In this document: one piece after another, positions 16,464 to 23,880 of the stretch | Layout of the letters: the number at the start of each line of letters is the position of its first letter | Position numbering within the stretch: the stretch's first letter is position 1 | Source: Coprobacillaceae bacterium | Lineage (GTDB): Bacteria; Bacillota_I; Bacilli_A; Erysipelotrichales; Coprobacillaceae | DNA: 32,000 bases | NCBI GenBank assembly: GCA_963675515.1 | Contig: OY776328.1 | Location: 1,680,001 to 1,712,000 of the forward strand | Reading direction: 5' to 3' | Made by a program: the position numbers and the translations under genes | The notes under the pieces: model-generated | Told to the model about the DNA's origin: nothing | Seen by the model: only the letters and a program-made list of their open reading frames with translations | Databases searched by the model: none

Positions 16464-16594
16464 GTTATTGAAATTAGAGGTAAAGACAATAACTCAAGGC
16501 GAACACGAAAACCCGAAAATGTCTTACCATAATATCCGTATTATTTGTTACATAATCATGTTAGTTTACTATTAAGGAAAGGAAGAATGACAAC

Positions 16595-17278
16595 ATGAAG
16601 AAATTCACAAAGTATTTAATGATTTTTGCATTGGTTTTTGGTCTTACCCTGTCATTGACTATGGCTCTTTTGACTGATACCACATCATCGGCAACAAACG
16701 TTTTTACATCATCACGGGGAATCGACATTGAGTTAAGAGAACCGGCATGGGATGGATACGATTTTTCAGAAGCTTGGCCGGGCGGTACATCACCTAAATC
16801 AGCTGATGTAACCCTTGGTTACAACATAGCCAATGAGTACTTGCCAGGAGATACTGTGCCTAAAGATCCGACCATCAAAGCCATGACCGGAAGCGACAAC
16901 ACCTACGTGGCAATGAAATTGACCTACAAGGTTAACGATGTTGTAGTTCCTTATGCAACATTTGCGACATATCTTCGAGATGGCAGCATCGCATTTGACA
17001 CTGGAGCGGCAGTAGACGAATGGTCTAATGAATCGACAGTGCCTGCAGACAATGATTTCTTTGTTTTCAATTCTTATCTTGTAGCCGATTCAGCTCAAGC
17101 AACGACATCACCATTGTTCACCCAAGTGTTGATTTCCTTCGGATTGGTTCCTGATGGTTCAGGTAACTTACCAAAATTGGAAATAGATGCAACTGCTTAT
17201 GGTGTTCAAATATCATTGCCAGCTGGAACTGACAAGGCAACAGCTTTGAAAACCCTTGCCGGATACCCAGCGCCTTGA
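16595..17278 (+). CDS. Secreted TasA-like paralogue, REPxWDGY subfamily (227 aa)
   Basis: RBS GGAAAGGAAG. SipW-type signal MKKFTKYLMIFALVFGLTLSLTMALLTDTTSSATNVFTS. Paralogue of 2101..2802 (see that entry). Confidence 0.8.
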   Translation: MKKFTKYLMIFALVFGLTLSLTMALLTDTTSSATNVFTSSRGIDIELREPAWDGYDFSEAWPGGTSPKSADVTLGYNIANEYLPGDTVPKDPTIKAMTGSDNTYVAMKLTYKVNDVVVPYATFATYLRDGSIAFDTGAAVDEWSNESTVPADNDFFVFNSYLVADSAQATTSPLFTQVLISFGLVPDGSGNLPKLEIDATAYGVQISLPAGTDKATALKTLAGYPAP

Positions 17279-17333
17279 TATTAATTGATTAATTCAACGA
17301 TCACTAAACATAATTAAAAAAGGAGAAAATATT

Positions 17334-17984
17334 ATGAAATTGAACAAGAAAATTGCTGCAATTGTCACTACAGCAGCGATTGCACTCAGTGCCACTGTCG
17401 GATTCACGCTGGCATACTTCACTGACTACACCAAAACTGAAACCAACACAATCACAATGGGACATGTTGACATCGATTTAAGAGAAACTTCAGTTGCAGG
17501 ACCTGGCGTTAAGGCTGGTACGGCTACTGATGACGGTTACGATTACAATGATGTAATGCCTGGCGATGTCTATTCCAAACAGCCTGTAATTACAGTAATG
17601 GCTGGATCTGAAGATTGTTATGTCCGCGCACTGGTTACTCTTAAGACAATAGATACAGGCGGCGATGGGGTCATCTCTGAAGCTACTCTGTTGAGCTATT
17701 TGAATATTGAGACAACCGATTGGTTTATCGGTAGTTTGACAAGTAATCCTGATGGTTCAGAAAGTGCATATGTGTATTATAAGAACTCTTTGGCAGCTGG
17801 CGCAAACGTAACTGTATTCTCTACAGTATCATTCCCAAGCAGCTTGACCAACAGCAGCACAAACGATGATTACATAATAACTGTAAAGGCTGAAGCGATT
17901 CAAGCAGCTAATGTGACACCTACAACCAACCCAGGTGGCATGATCACTGGTTGGCCTGCAGCGGCAATCGAACAATATTCTTAA
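17334..17984 (+). CDS. Secreted TasA/camelysin-like protein with SipW-cognate signal peptide (216 aa)
   Basis: RBS AAAGGAGA. N-terminus ...ALSATVGFTLAYFTDYTKTETNTITMGHVDIDL is a close match to the SipW-cognate signal and mature N-terminus pattern. Also MPGDVYSKQPVITV...SEDCYVRALVTL and ...ITVKAEAIQAANV. Confidence 0.85.
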   Translation: MKLNKKIAAIVTTAAIALSATVGFTLAYFTDYTKTETNTITMGHVDIDLRETSVAGPGVKAGTATDDGYDYNDVMPGDVYSKQPVITVMAGSEDCYVRALVTLKTIDTGGDGVISEATLLSYLNIETTDWFIGSLTSNPDGSESAYVYYKNSLAAGANVTVFSTVSFPSSLTNSSTNDDYIITVKAEAIQAANVTPTTNPGGMITGWPAAAIEQYS

Positions 17985-17996
17985 TATGACAGCATG

Positions 17997-18042
17997 AAGG
18001 CATGTTCGTTAACGGATAGTGTTAACACAACATGCCTTTTTT
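17997..18042. terminator. Terminator hairpin between the convergent operons
   Basis: Perfect 10-bp stem AAGGCATGTT (17997-18006) / AACATGCCTT (18029-18038), with a T-run to 18042 on the + strand. The pilT stop codon abuts it at 18043. Confidence 0.75.
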
Positions 18043-19095
18043 CTATCCCAATTTCTGGGTGATATATTGGTTGTTCTTGCAGTACTTGATCACTGTTTCC
18101 CTGGATATGATACGGTCCTGGTAAAGTTGCAGCAGACTGTTGTCAAGGGTCACCATGTTTTGCCGGTCGCTTTCAATGATCGAGTCGATCTGGTGGATCT
18201 TTTTTTCTCTTATAAGGTTGCGGATGGCCGGATTGACAATCATGATTTCAAACACCGGAATGAGCTTGCCGGAAATATCGGGAACGAGATGCTGCGACAC
18301 GACCGCATTGAGGGTCAGTGAGAGCATCATCGCTATCTGCGGCTGCTCATTGGCTGGAAAGGCATCGATGATCCGGTTGATTGTATTGCTTGCGCCGATT
18401 GTATGGAGTGTGGAAAACACCAGGTGGCCGGTCTCGCTTGCGGTTATCGCAGTCTCGATAGTTTCATGGTCGCGCATCTCCCCAAGCAGGATGACATCGG
18501 GACACTGGCGCAGGCTGGCCCTCAGGGCGGTCAGATAACAGTTGGTGTCATTGCCGATCTCCCGCTGGGTGATTATCGATTTGTTGTGGACATGAAGATA
18601 CTCGATAGGGTCTTCAAGAGTGATGACATGACGGGCATGATTGTGGTTGATGTAGTCGATGATGCATGCCAGGGTTGTCGATTTGCCGCTTCCTGAAGGT
18701 CCGGTGAAAAGGATCAGCCCGTTGGTCTGGTCGCCTAGAGCAATCAGCTGTTCGGGAATGTTCAATTCCTGGAAATCCGGAAGCTTGAAGGCGATGATTC
18801 GGATCACGCAAGCCAGTGAACCCCGCTGTTTGAACATGCTCACCCGGAAGCGGGAAAGGTGGGCTATCGAGAAGGCGAAATCGTCATCGCCGTCATTGAA
18901 GAGGATATCGACATCGCGCTTGGCGATTTCGTAAATCTGGCTGATAAGCTGTTTGGTGTCTTCGGTGGTGAGTACATCATTGTTCAAGGGGCACAGTTGA
19001 TTGTCTTTCTTGAACTTGACTGGGATGTTGGCTTCGATAAAGATATCCGAAGCCTGCATGGTTATTGCCCGGTGCAGAATTGAAGTAATTTCCAT
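18043..19095 (-). CDS. pilT: PilT-family type IV filament ATPase (retraction-ATPase type), 350 aa
   Basis: ORF track 18043..19128. Start moved to ATG 19095 (AGGAGA 5 nt upstream). Walker A GPSGSGKSTT, ITLEDPIEY, LRQCPDVILLGEMRD, ETGHLVFSTLHT, and the PilT/PilU-specific motif AIRNLIRE (PAIRNLIREKKIHQI). There is no N-terminal extension of PilB/GspE type. Confidence 0.85.
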   Translation of the reverse strand: MEITSILHRAITMQASDIFIEANIPVKFKKDNQLCPLNNDVLTTEDTKQLISQIYEIAKRDVDILFNDGDDDFAFSIAHLSRFRVSMFKQRGSLACVIRIIAFKLPDFQELNIPEQLIALGDQTNGLILFTGPSGSGKSTTLACIIDYINHNHARHVITLEDPIEYLHVHNKSIITQREIGNDTNCYLTALRASLRQCPDVILLGEMRDHETIETAITASETGHLVFSTLHTIGASNTINRIIDAFPANEQPQIAMMLSLTLNAVVSQHLVPDISGKLIPVFEIMIVNPAIRNLIREKKIHQIDSIIESDRQNMVTLDNSLLQLYQDRIISRETVIKYCKNNQYITQKLG

Positions 19096-19096
19096 A

Positions 19097-19483
19097 TCAT
19101 TCTCCTGTGTAGACTGGAGCCAAGTCATCTAGCTGGTAATCCGAATTGTTTTGGACCTGCAAGGAGATGATTTGCTTGGCATTATAATCGTAAACCAATG
19201 TGACTGTCTGGCCATAGTCAATGACCTCCTGGAAAGTTATCACATTTGCTTCCATTTGAAAATCGTATTGTTCCTGAAGGGTTGCCAACGGAATTTCCCG
19301 GCTGTCGTTGATGAAACGGTTGATTATCGACCTGGCCTCAAGGTAGGTGAGGTTGTGGGCGAGGTTCTGGTCAATCAGGGTTTGGCTGGCCTTGGTCTGG
19401 ATGTATGAGTTGAATGTCAATGTGATCAATACCAGGATGATGATGATATTGAAAAGGCTTGTCAGCCCGATTCTAATCTTCAT
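19097..19483 (-). CDS. Pseudopilin-like small protein (128 aa, ComGG-sized)
   Basis: RBS GAGGTGG. N-terminus MKIRIG/LTSLFNIIIILVLITL is a short basic leader plus a hydrophobic helix. Gly at the -1-like position is retained, but no Glu occurs at +5. Confidence 0.6.
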   Translation of the reverse strand: MKIRIGLTSLFNIIIILVLITLTFNSYIQTKASQTLIDQNLAHNLTYLEARSIINRFINDSREIPLATLQEQYDFQMEANVITFQEVIDYGQTVTLVYDYNAKQIISLQVQNNSDYQLDDLAPVYTGE

Positions 19484-19841
19484 AAGCCACCTCGTAGTCA
19501 GTCGCGATGATCAGGTTGTCATATTTGTCGTAAACATCAAGATGGAATATCGGGAAATTGTTTTCAACTTTTACGCAATAATAATAATCGTCCGTGGTGT
19601 TTATATTGTTGCTGTCAAAAAGGATTAGCGAATCACTGGTTTGGTAGTAACCTTCAAGATCGCCTTGATGTTCTTGAAGGATTGCGACGATACTGTTGAG
19701 CTGGATGATTGCTTTGGCCTTGATCGTGTTGTGGTAATTGATGAGAGTTGTTTTCATCATGATCTGGATGACCAGCGCCAGGGCGATTGCGAAAACCAGA
19801 AGGTTGACACATAGCTCGAGCATGCTTATCTTATCTTTCAC
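19473..19841 (-). CDS. Pseudopilin-like small protein (122 aa, ComGE/GF-sized)
   Basis: GTG start overlapping the upstream stop (GTGA), with GGAGGG 6 nt upstream. N-terminus (M)KDK/ISMLELCVNLLVFAIALALV has a Glu at the +5-like position, but Lys replaces Gly at -1. Confidence 0.6.
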   Translation of the reverse strand: MKDKISMLELCVNLLVFAIALALVIQIMMKTTLINYHNTIKAKAIIQLNSIVAILQEHQGDLEGYYQTSDSLILFDSNNINTTDDYYYCVKVENNFPIFHLDVYDKYDNLIIATDYEVAYED

Positions 19842-20254
19842 GGCTTGCCCTCCAGGCTCAAGTAGTAGTTTTCGTTGATTACAAGCAGGCCATCAATGAG
19901 ATCCAGGTCCAGTTTTTCCATGGAACATATCTGGTCCCCATATTCCATATCGAATTCCCGGCCGGCCGGCAGATAAAGCTCGCATAGGTAACCATCGTTG
20001 TTGTACAGGTAGGTCACATATGAAGAACCATCTTCGAGTACAAGAATGTCCGGGGTATCATCTTTTTTTATTTCAACCGATTTGGCCCGCTTGATCTTTT
20101 CGTTTATGAAGCTGATCACAAACTGCTCATCTACAAGGGCATCTTGGGCTATGGCTGTCTTGTTTGTGATGTTTAGCACCAGGATGCAGATGGCGCCAAG
20201 GGTGAATATAAAGATGCCGGTAATGAGGTATGAAAACAAGTCGCTTTTATTCAT
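19838..20254 (-). CDS. Pseudopilin-like small protein (138 aa, ComGD-sized)
   Basis: Overlaps the upstream gene by 8 nt. N-terminus MNKSDLFSYLITGIFIFTLGAICILVL is a single N-terminal hydrophobic helix with no G/FTLxE motif. Confidence 0.55.
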   Translation of the reverse strand: MNKSDLFSYLITGIFIFTLGAICILVLNITNKTAIAQDALVDEQFVISFINEKIKRAKSVEIKKDDTPDILVLEDGSSYVTYLYNNDGYLCELYLPAGREFDMEYGDQICSMEKLDLDLIDGLLVINENYYLSLEGKP

Positions 20255-20531
20255 AGGCGAATACCGTCAAGTCAGGTATGATGTTTTCTCCAATCGGGAT
20301 CAAAAAAACCTGATATCTTGTCTTATCGAAGCTTAGGCCGTAATTTTCCTCAAGATATCCCAGTGATTCGGGATAACGCCCCTCATTGATGTAACAAAGC
20401 AGTATCTTGTCATTGATCGACTGCTCGAGTGCATGCAATGCGTTTTTTTGGCTGGTCTTATTGAACTGGTTGACAAATATGATTGCCAGGGCCAATGCAA
20501 TAATGACCAGCGACAATTTTACCATCTTCAT
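20247..20531 (-). CDS. ComGC/GspG-like major pseudopilin candidate with degenerate prepilin motif (94 aa)
   Basis: ATGA overlap with the upstream stop. MKMVK/LSLVIIALALAIIFVNQF aligns to ComGC MNEKG/FTLVEMLIVLFIISILL, but G-1 is K and E+5 is I. The globular part ...HALEQSINDKILLCYINEGRYPESLGYLEENYGL matches the ComGC/GspG pattern (...G.YP..L..L...GY). Confidence 0.65.
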   Translation of the reverse strand: MKMVKLSLVIIALALAIIFVNQFNKTSQKNALHALEQSINDKILLCYINEGRYPESLGYLEENYGLSFDKTRYQVFLIPIGENIIPDLTVFAYE

Positions 20532-21460
20532 AAGTCTGAAAGAATCGCGAACAGCGGCAATATCAATGAGAGCAGGATGATTGCCACAATGACGACAAAA
20601 CCGGTGCCAAAGTATAGTTCGAACTTGGCCAATGATTCATCCATCCTTGTATTGGCCTTCTGGCGATACTCGTCGAAAAGCATTTCGAGAACCTTTTCAT
20701 GGGTTCCGTTCTGGATGCTCATTTCCAACAAGGACAGCTCAAGAGGCTCGAGCCGGGAAGAAAACGCCTCGATCACGCCCGATTTGGACATGTTGGCTAT
20801 TCCAGCTGCCTGATCGAAAGAAACTCCGGCCTTTACCAGGGTGGAAACGGCAAAAAGCTCATTGGATGCCCGATTGAGAGCCTTTGCCTTTTTGAATATC
20901 CCAACCTTGTCTTGCCGGATCATTCCCAGCAACAAAAGCATACCAGATAGCACAATGATGATGAAGTAAGTGAGGTAATCATTGATGAAGTATCCCAGCT
21001 GAAGGCTTATCCTGGCAACACCGGTCAGCTGTGCTCCCATGCTTGCATAAAGGTCGTTGAACACCGGGAGAATCCTGGTAACCAGGATGGTCATTATGGC
21101 TATCATGACCAGGCTAATGCCAATGGGGAAATTCAACATCCTTTTCAATTTCCTGTTGCTTTGATCAAGTTGCTTGTAATAGTTTGTCAGGTGAAGAAAT
21201 ACTTCGTCAAGATTTCCCGAATGCAGGCCGGCTTTGACCAGGTCAAGATAAAGCTGGTCAAACAATCCGGTGCTTTCCAGGGCGGAAATGATGTCATTTT
21301 GTTCGAGCTGGGCGATTACCTGGTTCAACAGATACTTCATCCGCATTTGTGTGGTGTTTGTTTCAAGCAATCTAAGTCCCGCCAAGAAACTTTGGCCGCT
21401 GGTGGAAATCAGATACATTTGCTTTGAAAAATTTATGATTAGATCGTAATCGTTTCTCAT
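20528..21460 (-). CDS. PilC/ComGB/GspF-family platform membrane protein (short, about 310 aa)
   Basis: ORF track 20528..21472. I prefer ATG 21460 (GGAGG 5 nt upstream); ATG 21472 overlaps the upstream stop as TAATG and remains possible. Two GspF-like repeats (...LVKAGLHSGNLDEVF... and ...LVKAGVSFDQAAGI...) and three hydrophobic segments. Confidence 0.75.
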   Translation of the reverse strand: MRNDYDLIINFSKQMYLISTSGQSFLAGLRLLETNTTQMRMKYLLNQVIAQLEQNDIISALESTGLFDQLYLDLVKAGLHSGNLDEVFLHLTNYYKQLDQSNRKLKRMLNFPIGISLVMIAIMTILVTRILPVFNDLYASMGAQLTGVARISLQLGYFINDYLTYFIIIVLSGMLLLLGMIRQDKVGIFKKAKALNRASNELFAVSTLVKAGVSFDQAAGIANMSKSGVIEAFSSRLEPLELSLLEMSIQNGTHEKVLEMLFDEYRQKANTRMDESLAKFELYFGTGFVVIVAIILLSLILPLFAILSDL

Positions 21461-21471
21461 TGCCGCCTCCA

Positions 21472-22392
21472 TTAAAAGATGTATTTCAGCTCATAATTTT
21501 CGCTGTCGGTTGTGAATTCCTGGATTTTCTTGTTGCCTGGGTCTTGCGAGATGAAGGTGGGATCCATGATTTGCCATTTCTCGTTTTCAAAATAGATGAA
21601 ATTGTCGATCCAACCGGTCTGATCCGTATAGACACTGACCCAGGCATGATATGTGTCTTTGACATATCCGAATTCCAGCCGGGTCGGGATAGCCTGGGTG
21701 CGCAGCATCGCGACAAGCAATGACGCGTAATCGAAGCATATCCCTTTTTTGGATTGGTAGATAGAGTTTAGATCCGGAATATAATCGTAGGCGACACTTT
21801 TAGCCTTTTCATAGTCATAATCGTAGTTGGTTATAATGTAATCGAAGATTAGCTGGATCTTTTCCAGGGTTGACGACGCATTTGTGACCAGCTCGCTGGC
21901 AACATATACAACCTGGGTGTCCTTGTCGAAATTGACATACTGGTTGTTGTACAAGAAGGCATTGAATCCGTTTTCCTGCTCAACTTTGAAGCTGGTCTTG
22001 AATATCTTGCCATAGCGGTTGCCTTCGATATTTTCATAAACCGTGATCCCATAAGTTCCTGATGTCTCGACCAGATTGAAAAAGTCGATTTTTCCGGTCA
22101 GGTTGTATGTGTAGATGGCCCCTGAAGGCAGTGTCAGCTGGAGTTTGGGCCTGTCGTTGGTTCCGGTGTATTTCACTCCAAAATACCCTTTGACGACATT
22201 GGTCAGGTCTATTTCCACCGCATCGTTGCCTTGGGTTTTTCCTTCATTGAAGCTGGCAAGATAGAAAACCGGTTCGCTTTTCAAGGTGGCTTGATTGGAG
22301 GAAGAAGCGAGATTCAAAGGGGATGGTGTCTGGGCGTTGGTACCACATCCGCTCAAAAGCATGGCTGCGATGATCAGGAATTTGAATTTCAT
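21472..22392 (-). CDS. Lipoprotein with C-terminal transglutaminase-like (papain-fold Cys-His-Asp) domain
   Basis: ORF track 21472..22458. Start moved to ATG 22392 (AGAGGTG upstream). Lipobox MKFKFLIIAAMLLSGC. Transglutaminase core KKGICFDYASLLVAMLRTQAIPTRLEFGY...YHAWVSVY...GW...IMDPTF (Cys, His, Asp). Confidence 0.8.
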   Translation of the reverse strand: MKFKFLIIAAMLLSGCGTNAQTPSPLNLASSSNQATLKSEPVFYLASFNEGKTQGNDAVEIDLTNVVKGYFGVKYTGTNDRPKLQLTLPSGAIYTYNLTGKIDFFNLVETSGTYGITVYENIEGNRYGKIFKTSFKVEQENGFNAFLYNNQYVNFDKDTQVVYVASELVTNASSTLEKIQLIFDYIITNYDYDYEKAKSVAYDYIPDLNSIYQSKKGICFDYASLLVAMLRTQAIPTRLEFGYVKDTYHAWVSVYTDQTGWIDNFIYFENEKWQIMDPTFISQDPGNKKIQEFTTDSENYELKYIF

Positions 22393-22536
22393 CTGGATAT
22401 CACCTCTTATCGTTGAGCAAAGATCCATAAACCGGATTTTCAATTGCGGTTTGCTCACATATGGTAATTATACAAGATTTCCCCGTTTTTATAAAGGGTA
22501 ACAATTCATTTCCTTTAAAACAACAATTGATAGAGA

Positions 22537-22569
22537 TGTGACTGACATGTGACTGGTTAACGTTAAAAT
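22537..22569 (+). promoter_or_regulatory. Direct-repeat operator plus -10 (site 3): TGTGACT-gaca-TGTGACT-N9-TAAAAT
   Basis: Heptamers at 22537-22543 and 22548-22554, with TAAAAT at 22564-22569. It lies in the divergent intergenic region shared with the minus-strand operon. Confidence 0.7.
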
Positions 22570-22593
22570 ACAAGTGATATAGAGGTGAAAAAT

Positions 22594-23238
22594 ATGAACA
22601 AGAAGATAATAATAGGAATGATATTCATACTAGGAGTAGTTGGTTTTAGCGTTCGTGGCACCTACAGTGTCATTCAAAGCAGTTTTGAAACCCAGAAAGC
22701 TATCTACACCCCATATCTTGGCATAGATTTTGTCAATGGTGACGGTAGCACGATGTCTGACAATTTTTTGGAGAGTGAGGTGTATGGAATGCCGGGTGAT
22801 GTCATCGATGGCGGACTGGCGATCAAAAACACCGAAAATACGACAGCCTACGTCCGGGTGACGATTTACCGCTACTGGGCCGATGAAGACGGGACCAAAA
22901 ACACAACCGACCGGGATGATCCAAATTACCTCGATCCCGCCCAAATCCAGTTCACGATAGCGAACGGCTGGCTTGTTTTTGACGGTGATGAGTATTCCGA
23001 AGTCACATATGCGTATTACACCAGACCGCTGGATCCAGGAGAGTATGCTACGGTCATCGATTCGTACACTTATCTGGATGTAACCCAAAACAACAATCTT
23101 TACGCTGACAAGATCGTCCATCTCGAGTTCTTCGGTTATGGCGTTCAGACCTTTGATGCCAAGAACTCTTTCAAGGCTGAATGGGGCGTTGATGTTGAAT
23201 TTGACGCTGATGAGAACATTGTTTCAATCGGATTGTAG
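22594..23238 (+). CDS. Secreted TasA/camelysin-like protein (214 aa)
   Basis: ORF track 22585..23238 (GTG). ATG 22594 follows AGAGGTG. N-terminus MNKKIIIGMIFILGVVGFSVRGTYSVIQSSFETQKAIY is a divergent SipW-type signal. MPGDVIDGGLAIKNTENTTAYVRVTIY and ...HLEFFGYGVQTFDAKNSFKAEWGV parallel the other paralogues. Confidence 0.7.
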   Translation: MNKKIIIGMIFILGVVGFSVRGTYSVIQSSFETQKAIYTPYLGIDFVNGDGSTMSDNFLESEVYGMPGDVIDGGLAIKNTENTTAYVRVTIYRYWADEDGTKNTTDRDDPNYLDPAQIQFTIANGWLVFDGDEYSEVTYAYYTRPLDPGEYATVIDSYTYLDVTQNNNLYADKIVHLEFFGYGVQTFDAKNSFKAEWGVDVEFDADENIVSIGL

Positions 23239-23253
23239 AAAAGAGGGATGAAA

Positions 23254-23880
23254 ATGAAAAAACTGATAATTGGTTTGGCCATCACTCTTGTAGCTTTTCT
23301 GTCAATGAACAATGTGGCTGCAGCGGATGTGATCACCTATCAAGGTGATGCCAACAGATTCATAATGCTTGACGGTAATGCCCCGGATTTCGAAAACATG
23401 CTTCCAGGTGAATCAAGAACAGTCACTTTCAATCTGGTAAATGGCAGTGGCGGACAGATGCGTTTCTATATGTCAAGCGAGATTCTCGACAATATCGCAA
23501 ACAAAGGTGACGGGGATGCGGTGTACACATTCACCATCGCCGATGGGACAACACCGTTTTTTGAAACCGAAGTCGGAAATGATGAAGTGACCATCGGGTT
23601 GCAGTTTCTGACCAATGACAACAACATCCTGTTGGGGACTTTGAATGCCGGCGCATCAAAGACAATCAATGTCACCCTTTCACTGGACGGGGATTCGGCC
23701 AACAACGAATATCAAGGGCAAACCGGGGTAGTCAATTTCATATTCTCAGTCGAGCAGCCTTTGCCAAAGATTGTCAAAACCGGCGACGAATCGGTTTCAC
23801 CGCTTGTCTATGGTGGCTTGATCGTGGCAGCGGGATTAGTGCTGATACTGTACAAAAGGGGTGGTAAACATGAAAAGTAG
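23254..23880 (+). CDS. Secreted beta-sandwich-type protein with C-terminal sortase-like sorting signal (IVKTG + TM + basic tail)
   Basis: ORF track 23248..23880. ATG 23254 has better RBS spacing (AGAGGG). Classical signal ...SMNNVAAADV. C-terminus PLPKIVKTGDESVSPLVYGGLIVAAGLVLILYKRGGKHEK. Confidence 0.7.
   Translation: MKKLIIGLAITLVAFLSMNNVAAADVITYQGDANRFIMLDGNAPDFENMLPGESRTVTFNLVNGSGGQMRFYMSSEILDNIANKGDGDAVYTFTIADGTTPFFETEVGNDEVTIGLQFLTNDNNILLGTLNAGASKTINVTLSLDGDSANNEYQGQTGVVNFIFSVEQPLPKIVKTGDESVSPLVYGGLIVAAGLVLILYKRGGKHEK

Noticed and set aside
16479-16528. Hairpin (GGTAAAGACA ... TGTCTTACC) in the roughly 125-nt leader predicted upstream of 16595.
   Set aside because: It is a single imperfect stem with a 31-nt loop, and no equivalent exists in the other two leaders. 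It may only stabilise the mRNA, and the evidence is insufficient to call it a regulatory RNA.
18043-19095. Calling the ATPase ComGA or PilB (an assembly ATPase) and the whole operon a standard comG competence operon.
   Set aside because: The protein carries the PilT/PilU-specific AIRNLIRE motif and PilT-like boxes throughout, and it sits last rather than first in the operon. The pilin-like genes lack canonical G/FTLxE motifs. A ComG-like ancestry is still possible and is discussed in the findings.
22393-22472. Possible riboswitch or attenuator in the 5' region of the minus-strand operon. Partly exclusive helices GAGCAAA/TTTGCTC (22415-22421 / 22450-22456) and AAACCG/CGGTTT (22429-22434 / 22447-22452) lie downstream of a TATAAT (minus strand, 22467-22472).
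   Set aside because: The stems are short (6-7 bp), no terminator-like T-run follows, and there is no resemblance to a known riboswitch core. This is not distinguishable from chance by eye.
22537-22554. Reading the TGTGAC repeats as CRP/FNR-type boxes (TGTGA-N6-TCACA).
   Set aside because: The two half-sites are direct repeats, not inverted, and have 11-bp periodicity. No TCACA partner occurs at the right distance. This arrangement fits OmpR/SARP-type binding instead.
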